NCBI GenBank assembly: GCA_030018915.1
Contig: JASEHE010000001.1
Location: forward strand, 15,843 to 79,842
Length of the DNA stretch: 64,000 nt
Source: Verrucomicrobiota bacterium
GTDB taxonomy: Bacteria; Verrucomicrobiota; Kiritimatiellia; UBA8416; SLMC01
Direction of reading: 5' to 3'
Shown: one piece after another, positions 27,129-34,881 of the stretch
Position numbering within the stretch: the stretch's first letter is position 1
Layout of the letters: each line of letters begins with the position of its first letter
Position numbers and translations under genes: made by a program
Notes under the pieces: model-generated
What the model was told of the DNA's origin: nothing
Databases searched by the model: none
What the model saw: only the letters and a program-made list of their open reading frames with translations

Positions 27129-27917
27129 CTACTCCGACCAGGAACCTCCCGAAGGCCCGCAAGAAACGTCGTCCGATGTGTTGGCCACACCGTCCGGCCC
27201 ATTTGACCACAGCCGGTACGAACGGTGCGGAGGCGGACACTCGTATATGTATTCGCGGTCCCAAGGATCCATGACGGTTGCAACCGTGTTGCTGTATTGC
27301 AGGTCCATGCCGGATGACTGCGGGGTACTGCAGCTCCGAAGGCTGCGGCCCAGCGAAACGTGCCGCAAGAAATTAGCTATGCGTCCCTTGACTGCCTTGT
27401 CCCGGTCGGTGTCCTTGTCGTAGGGATGCTTTTGGGGCTTTGGTTCCTTCTCTCCCATGTCGCGCGGCCAGAGAAAGGCCACTAGCCCGTAGCTGTAGCC
27501 CAGGCCCCCCTTAATTTCGCTGCTGAAATAGCCCTTGTAACCATCGTCGAACCTGTCCAGATCCCCGTCCAGGAAGAACGTCCCGCGGTTCGACGGATCG
27601 TTGTGAGCATCGAGCCACTGCCGCCACGCCGGCGGCTGATTTGTCAGGCACTCATATTCGTACCCCATACTGCTTTTGTTTTCCCCAACCTTCACTATGG
27701 GATAGGTCCCGTAGGCCGTGTAGTACTCGTTTAAGGCGTTCTTGAGCGCCTGAAGGTCTGCCACGCACTTTTTTCGCCTCGCCTCCTCGCCGAAATGCGC
27801 CACGCTCTTCAGAAGAACGGCCGACAGGAGGAGAATAACGATGACCACCACCAGCATCTCGACAAGAGTGAACCCCCTCGTCTTGACGGCCGGCGCGAGA
27901 CTGCCGCGCTTCGTCAT
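27129..27917 (-). CDS. Type IV pilin-like protein (first gene of pseudopilin operon)
   Basis: MTKRGSLAPAVKTRG-FTLVEMLVVVIVILLLSAVLL prepilin N-terminus. 262 aa. Confidence 0.65.
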   Translation of the reverse strand: MTKRGSLAPAVKTRGFTLVEMLVVVIVILLLSAVLLKSVAHFGEEARRKKCVADLQALKNALNEYYTAYGTYPIVKVGENKSSMGYEYECLTNQPPAWRQWLDAHNDPSNRGTFFLDGDLDRFDDGYKGYFSSEIKGGLGYSYGLVAFLWPRDMGEKEPKPQKHPYDKDTDRDKAVKGRIANFLRHVSLGRSLRSCSTPQSSGMDLQYSNTVATVMDPWDREYIYECPPPHRSYRLWSNGPDGVANTSDDVSCGPSGGSWSE

Positions 27918-28249
27918 AACCCACCCCCTAACTTCTTCGATCTAAAGGTACCAGACCGCGCGTTTTTCCACAACATTTTTTTGCGTTTCTGCGATTCACG
28001 CGAACTTCACGCCCTATCGTAGAGCAATAAGGCGGTGGCACATGGCGGGCAAGCCGGACGGGCGTTGAGAGTGAACACGGCGCGGCGAAGCCGCGCAACT
28101 GGTTCCCGAACACGGCGCGTCCCGGTTCGAGGGTCACGGGTCGCTTGCCTTTTACACGGGGCGGCGGTATCATAGTCTGGTGTTCGGTTGACCCGGACCG
28201 GCGGCCGGTTGCCTGTCGGATCGCCGGAATACTGGGCAAGGTGGATTCG

Positions 28250-29419
28250 ATGCCCATGATCGAGAAGAAGAAGCTCTCGCAAACGATGCGGATCGATCTG
28301 ATCCCGGACGTCCCCGCAAGGCCCGTGCCGGGCAAAAAGAAGCGCTACATCGTGTCGTCCCTCGCGCCCGGGGCTACGGTCATTCGGCCGCGCGCGCCAG
28401 AGGAGACGGCGAAGGGCACGGAGTACGAGGAGTTGCTGCAGAGTCTGTACGACGCCGCCTTGATCACGGACATGGCAGGCAAAATTGTTGACGTCAATTT
28501 CCGGGCGCGGGAATTCCTGCTCTACAACCGGCATGATCTCCGAGGCATGGCTGTTTTCGACGTGATTTCCGGCGCCGACGAGTCGCTCATCCGGACTCTG
28601 GCGGCCAACCTGGCGAACGAGCGTTATACGCTCATCCAGGCGTACTGTATCCGAAAGGACGGCTCCTGCTTCCCCTCGGAAATCGCGGTTAATCGGCTTC
28701 GACTGGCGGATGCGCGGCTGTGTTTCTTTATCCGCGACACGACGTTGCGGCGTCAGGCGGACGAAATGCTTAGAACCGAGCACAACGCGATTCAGAACTC
28801 GGGCGACGGGATCGCGATCGCCGATACGAACAATCAACTGGAATACGTCAATCCGGCCGCAGCCCGGATGTGGGGATACGACGAAACGGACGAATTGCTC
28901 GCGCTCCCGGTGGCCGATCTGTGGGCCGACCACGAGGCGGCTGAGGCGATGATGAACGCTGTCACGAGCGATCGGCAGTTTTGGAAGGGCGAACTAATGG
29001 CAAAACGCAAGGACGGTTCGCTGTTCGACACGCAGGTGTCCGCCGCCTTGAACAGGAACTCGGACGGCGAGCCGGTTGGCGCAATTTTTTCCTTTGTTGA
29101 CGTGAGCGACCGCAAGCGCGCGGAAGAGGCGGAGCGCGAGGCGGAGCGCCGGCGAGTAATGCTGGAGAGTCTCGGCGCCGCCTGCCATCACCTGGGGCAG
29201 CCGGCCACGGTTCTTCTGGCCAATCTGGGCATCATGAAGAGGAAACTGGAGGGTTCTTCCACCGATACGACTGTAAAGTCGCTCCTGGACGACAGCATTT
29301 GCGCCATGGAGACATTGGGGAAGATTCTGCACAAGCTGAACGCGGTGAACGAGTACAAGACGACCAAGTACATCGAGGACACGGACGGCGCGGCATTCAG
29401 CCGGATATTGGATATCTGA
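28250..29419 (+). CDS. PAS–PAS–DHp sensor protein lacking a catalytic ATPase (HATPase_c) domain (PilS position)
   Basis: Start at MPMIEKKKLSQTMRIDLIPD. The first PAS (YEELLQSLYDAALITDMAGKIVDVNFRAREFLL...CFFIRDTTLRRQADEMLRTE) is a close paralogue of the PAS of the hybrid kinase at 59891-61561. The C-terminal AACHHLGQPATVL aligns with the HisKA H-box (SHELRTPL). No G1/G2 ATP-binding boxes follow. Confidence 0.65.
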   Translation: MPMIEKKKLSQTMRIDLIPDVPARPVPGKKKRYIVSSLAPGATVIRPRAPEETAKGTEYEELLQSLYDAALITDMAGKIVDVNFRAREFLLYNRHDLRGMAVFDVISGADESLIRTLAANLANERYTLIQAYCIRKDGSCFPSEIAVNRLRLADARLCFFIRDTTLRRQADEMLRTEHNAIQNSGDGIAIADTNNQLEYVNPAAARMWGYDETDELLALPVADLWADHEAAEAMMNAVTSDRQFWKGELMAKRKDGSLFDTQVSAALNRNSDGEPVGAIFSFVDVSDRKRAEEAEREAERRRVMLESLGAACHHLGQPATVLLANLGIMKRKLEGSSTDTTVKSLLDDSICAMETLGKILHKLNAVNEYKTTKYIEDTDGAAFSRILDI

Positions 29420-29448
29420 CTGAGCCTTTTGAAAAAGCCTGAAAACGG

Positions 29449-29480
29449 AAAGACAACCTCGCGACGAGGTTGTCTTTCTC
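29449..29480. terminator. Bidirectional intrinsic terminator hairpin between convergent PAS-sensor and pilA genes
   Basis: AAAGACAACCTCG-CGA-CGAGGTTGTCTTT, a perfect 12-13-bp stem flanked by an A-run (5') and TTTCTCC (3'). 30 nt after the PAS gene stop and 50 nt after the pilA stop. Confidence 0.5.
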
Positions 29481-29530
29481 CACCTTCTTGCTGAGAAAGC
29501 CTCAGCAAGAACCCAGGACCGTCAACGCTA

Positions 29531-29926
29531 CTAGTCGATGTAGACGTGTTCCGGGAAAGAACCTACCACCGGGCACGTAGGCGTTTCGTCAACGCGGTTA
29601 ACGTAGTAGTATTGAACAGTCGCTTGGCCGGCCCCAGCTTCGAGACACTCCAGAACGTGGGTGCCATCTATGTAGGGGTCCAAGTTCGACCAGGCGGTTG
29701 CGTCGTTCGCGCCGGCTGATTGACCAATAATCTGCCCGTTTGTCCAATCGAGCTTGATGGCCAGCACTTCCTTGGCGTGGTCAATCAAGCGCAGGTTATT
29801 GACGCACAGTCCCCGACGCGCATCCTTGCGATACTGCAGAAAGGCGGGGATGGCGATCGCGGTCAGCAATGCAATAATCGCCACCACGATCATAATCTCC
29901 ACCAACGTGAAACCTCTTTTCTTCAT
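29531..29926 (-). CDS. pilA: Type IVa major pilin
   Basis: 131 aa. MKKRG-FTLVEIMIVVAIIALLTAIAIPAF (short leader, Phe+1, Glu+5). GGAGGAG RBS directly upstream. Sigma54 -24/-12 promoter ~100 nt upstream. Confidence 0.75.
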   Translation of the reverse strand: MKKRGFTLVEIMIVVAIIALLTAIAIPAFLQYRKDARRGLCVNNLRLIDHAKEVLAIKLDWTNGQIIGQSAGANDATAWSNLDPYIDGTHVLECLEAGAGQATVQYYYVNRVDETPTCPVVGSFPEHVYID

Positions 29927-30021
29927 CGCACTCCTCCTTCCGTGAGGGGTTATAGGCCGCGACCTTGCCCGTGTTTTACCTGACACTGGACTGACGGAGG
30001 TCAACACGCCAAACCTGCCGA

Positions 30022-30036
30022 ACGGGAACGAGCAAT
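30022..30036 (-). promoter_or_regulatory. Sigma54 (RpoN) -24/-12 promoter for pilA
   Basis: Plus strand reads GCAA-TACTT-GTGCCA, i.e. TGGCAC-N5-TTGC on the minus strand, an exact match to the GG-N10-GC consensus. It lies ~96 nt upstream of the pilA ATG, next to a PilR-like sigma54 activator gene. Confidence 0.55.
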
Positions 30037-30316
30037 ACTTGTGCCAAGCACAAGACGAAAACGCCAAGCCGGCATCACAACGCTCAACAATTTAGAATTC
30101 GCAAGGAATGTTACTTTATGCGAACAAGATCAATCTCGACAATGAGAACACAATGGATCAATAATGAGAGTCGTTTTTCGCAAAAATGAACCCGGTTCTG
30201 CTCGGAAATAACAAGAATGTGCGCCAGCCTGAACTGAGATACGGCTAATCCCGCATGCTGGACTGATCGGATTCAGACTCAAAGCCACCCCCACCCCGAA
30301 CCCTGAACCCTCACTC

Positions 30317-31711
30317 CTATTCTCCTTCCACCGGGTGCTTTGCCTCTTCGCCATCAGGAAGCTTGCGGTAGAGAGTGGCCAGACTGATCTTGAGCGCTTT
30401 TGCGGCCTTCTCCTTGTCGCCATTCGCGACGGAGAGGACCTGCTTGAGGTACTCCTTCTCCTTGGTTCGAAGGAAGGCCTTCAGGGACTTCGCTTTCGTT
30501 GAATCAATGTCTTCCGCCCCAAGAGGTTTTGAAGTTTGTATCGGCGTGACGGCTATCTTCGGAGGAAGCACATCCTTGGTGATCTTGTTGTCCCGCGCAA
30601 AGGTGATGGCATGCTTGATGGCGTTTTCCAGCTCTCGGACGTTCCCCGGCCAGGGATAGGATTCGAAGATTGCCGATATTTCCGGATCGATCAAGGGAGG
30701 GGGCTGCCCCTGCGGAGTCTCGGTGCGTAGAAAATGAGAAACAAGCAGCAGAATATCCTCGCGTCGTTCCCGTAGTGGCTTGATCTCGATGGGGATAACG
30801 TTCAGCCGATAGAAGAGGTCCTCGCGGAACTTGCCTTCCTGGATCATCTTCTCGATGTTGGTATTGGTGGCGGCAATGACGCGCACGTCAATGGGGACAT
30901 CCTTGTTACTGCCGACTCTGCGGACTTCCTTCTCCTGAAGCACGCGCAGGAACTTGCCCTGGATACTGAGCGGCATGGAGGAAACCTCGTCAAGGAAGAC
31001 GGTGCCGCCGACCGCGGCTTCCAGAAGGCCTTCTTTGTTGGCCGTGGCCCCGGTAAAGGATCCCTTTACGTGCCCGAACATCTCCGATTCCAGGAGGGGC
31101 TCCGGGAGCGCCGCGCAACTGACCGCCAGGAAGCGCTTGTCGCGGCGCTGGCTGTGCGCATGAATGGCCTTGGCAACCAGTTCCTTACCTGTTCCGCTCT
31201 CGCCGTAGATCAGCACAGCCGTGTTTGTGGGCGCGACTTTCTTGATCATTTCGCAGACATTCTGCATGGCCTTGCTCTCGGCCACGATGTTATTCAAGTG
31301 GTATCGCGCCCCGAGCTGGGCCTTGAGGTAGACGTTCTGGACCCGCAACTTGCTGTACTCCAGGGCGCGCTGGACGGTGATGAGGAGTTCGTCCACTTTA
31401 AAGGGCTTGGTGACGTAGTCGAACGCGCCGAGCTTCAGAGCCTCGATCGCGGTCTCCACGGAACCGTAGGCGGTAAGCATGACGACCGGCAGGGCGGGTT
31501 TTTCGTCATGGACGCATCGGAGCAGTTCCATGCCGCTGATGGGCGCCATGCGGATGTCAGAAAGCATGAGGTCGAATTCCTGGCTCGCCAGCAATTCCTT
31601 GGCCTTCTCGCCGCCGAGAGCAGGAACAACATCATGCCCCTCTGCCTTGAGAAGAGTGCTGAGAACGCTCAGGATACTGGGCTCGTCGTCAATAAGGAGT
31701 ATTTGGGCCAT
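30317..31711 (-). CDS. pilR: Sigma54-dependent response regulator (NtrC family; PilR-like)
   Basis: 464 aa. REC domain (ILLIDDEPSI...D54-like), AAA+ sigma54-interaction domain (GESGTGKE, GAFTGA-like ESEMFGHVKGSFTGA), C-terminal HTH. Confidence 0.85.
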   Translation of the reverse strand: MAQILLIDDEPSILSVLSTLLKAEGHDVVPALGGEKAKELLASQEFDLMLSDIRMAPISGMELLRCVHDEKPALPVVMLTAYGSVETAIEALKLGAFDYVTKPFKVDELLITVQRALEYSKLRVQNVYLKAQLGARYHLNNIVAESKAMQNVCEMIKKVAPTNTAVLIYGESGTGKELVAKAIHAHSQRRDKRFLAVSCAALPEPLLESEMFGHVKGSFTGATANKEGLLEAAVGGTVFLDEVSSMPLSIQGKFLRVLQEKEVRRVGSNKDVPIDVRVIAATNTNIEKMIQEGKFREDLFYRLNVIPIEIKPLRERREDILLLVSHFLRTETPQGQPPPLIDPEISAIFESYPWPGNVRELENAIKHAITFARDNKITKDVLPPKIAVTPIQTSKPLGAEDIDSTKAKSLKAFLRTKEKEYLKQVLSVANGDKEKAAKALKISLATLYRKLPDGEEAKHPVEGE

Positions 31712-31862
31712 GGCAACTACCGAGGCGGTCTCTCACCGCGGGGGGAGACCACCTCATGGAATTGGCGTCAACCAATCCCGCCTCCATAGAAAAGAGCCTA
31801 TCCCCCGCGCGCAACGAACACAACAGAAAAATGCTCATCTTTGCGGCCGTCTTGAAAGCGGC

Positions 31863-33083
31863 TCAGCCCTTCTGCACTATTTCGCCGATCTTGAAGATGG
31901 GGAGAAACAGGCAGACGACAATTCCGCCGATGAGCACGCCGAGGATCACCATAAGCAGCGGTTCGAGCAGGGAGGTGAGGCCAGCCAGGGTGGTTTCAAC
32001 TTCGTCGTCGTAGAAGTTGGCGATGTTGTCCATCATCTCGTCGATTTTCCCCGTCTTTTCGCCGGCCTGCAGCATGCGCACGAGCATGATTGGAAAGACG
32101 GTCTGAGTCAGCATGGCGTTGGAAAGCGGCTCTCCCTTTTCCAGGCAGCCTCTGGCGCTCAGGACGATATTGCCCGCCACCTTGTTGCCGGTGGCGCCGG
32201 CGACGATGTCGATGGCGGTGAGGATCGGGACGCCGCTGCGAATGAGCTGTCCGAACATGCGGGCAAAGCGGGAAGACGCCACTTTCTTGTTCAAGTCGCC
32301 GAACACGGGCAGTCGGAGCGCCAGCCGGTCCAGAATGAATCCGCCCGTCGGCGTGGCCTTCCATTTTTTGAAGGCGATCACAAGCCCCGCGATGAGCAGA
32401 ACGACCACCAGCCCGTTGTGGCGGATGAGATTGCTGAGGTTCATGAGGGCCCGCGTCGGCCCTGGGAGTTCCCCGCCGAGTCCCGCGAACATGTCGGCGA
32501 AGATCGGGACCACGAAAACAACGAGGGCGGTGGCAATGGTGAGGGCCAGGCACATGACGATCGCGGGATACATCATGGCGGACTTGACTTTGCGGCGGAG
32601 TTTGGCGCTGGATTCCAGAAAACCGGCGAGTCGCGCAATGGTTTCCGGCAGTTGCCCGCCGGATTCGCCGCCCTTGACCATGTTGCGGTACAGGTCGTCG
32701 AACACCGATGGGAACTGACGCAGCGCGTCCGAGAAGGCGGCCCCGTTTTCGATGTTGCGCTTGATCTGGCCGATTGCGTATTTGAAGTTGGGGTTGTCGG
32801 CCTGTTCCTCCATGGCTTCGAGGGACGCGAGGATCGGCATGCCGGCGGACAACATGGCGGAGAGCTGGCGGGAAAAACCCGGCAGCGTCTTCTGCACGAT
32901 CTTCTTGGCGCCCGGCACTTTTTTCTTGGCGCCCGCCCTGGCGGCGGCTGGCGCGCCCGTCTTTTGCGTGGCCGCTGATGTGGAAGTGGAGACGGCAGGG
33001 CGAACCCCGGCCGCTCGCGACACGACAGGACTCATGGCGCATGTCTCCTTTAAGCAGTCGGCGCGTTTCCCAGGCAGAGCCAA
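31863..33083 (-). CDS. pilC: Type IV pilus / T2SS inner-membrane platform protein (PilC/GspF family)
   Basis: 406 aa. Duplicated GspF-type domains with three TM segments (YPAIVMCLALTIATALVVFVV, LVVVLLIAGLVIAF, LLMVILGVLIGGIVVCLFLPI). Confidence 0.8.
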   Translation of the reverse strand: MALPGKRADCLKETCAMSPVVSRAAGVRPAVSTSTSAATQKTGAPAAARAGAKKKVPGAKKIVQKTLPGFSRQLSAMLSAGMPILASLEAMEEQADNPNFKYAIGQIKRNIENGAAFSDALRQFPSVFDDLYRNMVKGGESGGQLPETIARLAGFLESSAKLRRKVKSAMMYPAIVMCLALTIATALVVFVVPIFADMFAGLGGELPGPTRALMNLSNLIRHNGLVVVLLIAGLVIAFKKWKATPTGGFILDRLALRLPVFGDLNKKVASSRFARMFGQLIRSGVPILTAIDIVAGATGNKVAGNIVLSARGCLEKGEPLSNAMLTQTVFPIMLVRMLQAGEKTGKIDEMMDNIANFYDDEVETTLAGLTSLLEPLLMVILGVLIGGIVVCLFLPIFKIGEIVQKG

Positions 33084-33098
33084 TGGGACGGGCGCCGG

Positions 33099-34874
33099 TT
33101 ACCGCGAACTCACGATCTTGAGGGCAGCTTCAAAACTGGTCTCGCCGAGCTTGACTTTCTCCAGGGCGCTCACCGAGAGCGTCTTCATGCCTTTTTGCGC
33201 CGCCCTGTCGCGCAAGGCGTCGGCGGGCGCCCGCCGCATCATCAGCAGGCGGATATCTTCCTCAATGGGGAGGACTTCCATCACGGCGGCGCGGCCGCTG
33301 TAGCCGATGCTGTGGCACTTCGGGCATCCGGAGGGCCCGTATATCTTGCAGCCTTGGAACAGCGCGGGGTCCACGTGGTGAAGCTTGAGCAGTTCCTCGG
33401 GCATGGGCGCCTCCTTCTTGCAGATCGGGCACAACTTTCGGTAGAGGCGCTGGGCCTGAGTCAGGATGATGGACGAGGCGAGCAGGAAGGGCTCAATGCC
33501 CATGTCCAGCAGGCGGGTGATCGTGCTGCAGGCATCGTTCGCGTGGATGGTGCTGAGCACCAGATGGCCCGTGAGGGCAGCCTTGATGGCGATGTCCGCC
33601 GTGTCCCCGTCGCGAATCTCGCCGATCAGCACGATGTCGGGATCCTGCCGAAGGATGGCGCGAAGCGCGTCGCCGAACGTGCAGCCGGCGGTCTTCTTGC
33701 CCGCCGTGGCGGCGTTATGGTCGCCGTGAGCGCCGGATGCGGACGAGGCCGCAGTGATTTTCACCTGGATCACGCCGGGAATCTGGTATTCCACCGGCTC
33801 CTCGCAGGTGACGACGTTCACGTCAATCTTGTTCAGCTCGCGGAGGCAGGAGTACAGGGTGGTCGTCTTGCCGCTGCCGGTCGGCCCAGTAACCAGGATG
33901 ATGCCGTGCGGCTGATTGATGGCGTAGTTCATGGCAGCAAGGGCGCGTTCGTCCAGGTTCAGGTAGGACAGGCCTGGAAAGAGCGAGTTCTTGTCCAGCA
34001 GGCGCATGACCACCCGGCCGCCGAAGATGGTGGGCAACACGCTCACGCGGACGTCAATGCTCTTGTTCAGCGTCGTGATCCGGAAACGGCCGTCCTGCGG
34101 GTGGCGCTGTTCGCCGATGTCAATGTCAGCCAGAATCTTGACGCGGGAGACGACGGCCGACTGCAAGGTCTTGGGCAGACTGGGCCGTTCGACCAGGACG
34201 CCATCAATCCTGTAGCGAAGACGCAGGAAATTCTCCTGTGGCTCGATATGGATGTCGTTGGCTCCCAGGCGCACGGCTTCGATCAGGATCATGTTGACCA
34301 TTCGGATGACGGGCTGATCGCCGGCGCTTTCCATCATCTTCTCCAGGCTCTCCGCTTCGGTCTCTTCGACGGCGCCCACTTCCATTTCGACTTCGGGGGA
34401 TTTCATGAGCGTCTCCAGGTCTACCGCGGCGCCCCGGTCGGCCATCGCGCGCCTGATGGCGTTGACGATGTCCGGTTCGCTGGCCACGAGGGGAACGATC
34501 GCCAGGTCGGTGAGCGTATGCAGCTCGTCCATCGCGACGATGTTGAATGGGTCTCCCATGGCCACCGTGAGCGTCTTGCCGATCTTGGCGACTGGGATAA
34601 GTTTGTGCCTCGCCATGATCTCCTTGGGGACGCGTTCCAGGACCTGCGCGTCGGCGGTGAAGTGAGCCAGCGATATGGGCGGGATGCCCAAATACTCGGA
34701 AATGGCGAGCGCCAAGTCTTCCTGAGAGAGCAGGCGCTTGTCGAGAAGCTCTTTCTCGATCGTGACGCCGCTGTTCAGCGCCTCCTGCTCCGTCTGCCGC
34801 AGGACATCGGGCTCCACCATGTTCCTGCGGATCAGGATGTCGGTCAGTTTGATTGGGCCGGTCTTTTTGTCCAT
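33099..34874 (-). CDS. pilB: Type IV pilus / T2SS assembly ATPase (PilB/GspE family), paralogue 1, with A/S/G-rich insertion
   Basis: N-terminal T2SSE_N domain, Walker A GPTGSGKTTT, Asp box, tetracysteine motif CPxC...CxxC. Carries an ~20-aa insertion VKITAASSASGAHGDHNAATAGKK not present in the adjacent paralogue. Confidence 0.85.
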   Translation of the reverse strand: MDKKTGPIKLTDILIRRNMVEPDVLRQTEQEALNSGVTIEKELLDKRLLSQEDLALAISEYLGIPPISLAHFTADAQVLERVPKEIMARHKLIPVAKIGKTLTVAMGDPFNIVAMDELHTLTDLAIVPLVASEPDIVNAIRRAMADRGAAVDLETLMKSPEVEMEVGAVEETEAESLEKMMESAGDQPVIRMVNMILIEAVRLGANDIHIEPQENFLRLRYRIDGVLVERPSLPKTLQSAVVSRVKILADIDIGEQRHPQDGRFRITTLNKSIDVRVSVLPTIFGGRVVMRLLDKNSLFPGLSYLNLDERALAAMNYAINQPHGIILVTGPTGSGKTTTLYSCLRELNKIDVNVVTCEEPVEYQIPGVIQVKITAASSASGAHGDHNAATAGKKTAGCTFGDALRAILRQDPDIVLIGEIRDGDTADIAIKAALTGHLVLSTIHANDACSTITRLLDMGIEPFLLASSIILTQAQRLYRKLCPICKKEAPMPEELLKLHHVDPALFQGCKIYGPSGCPKCHSIGYSGRAAVMEVLPIEEDIRLLMMRRAPADALRDRAAQKGMKTLSVSALEKVKLGETSFEAALKIVSSR

Positions 34875-34881
34875 GTCTCGA

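Noticed and set aside
28080-28100. Possible second sigma54 element (TGGCAC-ATGGC-GGGC) upstream of the PAS sensor gene
   Set aside because: The -12 element GGGC does not match TTGC/GC. Only the -24 half is present, so it was not called.
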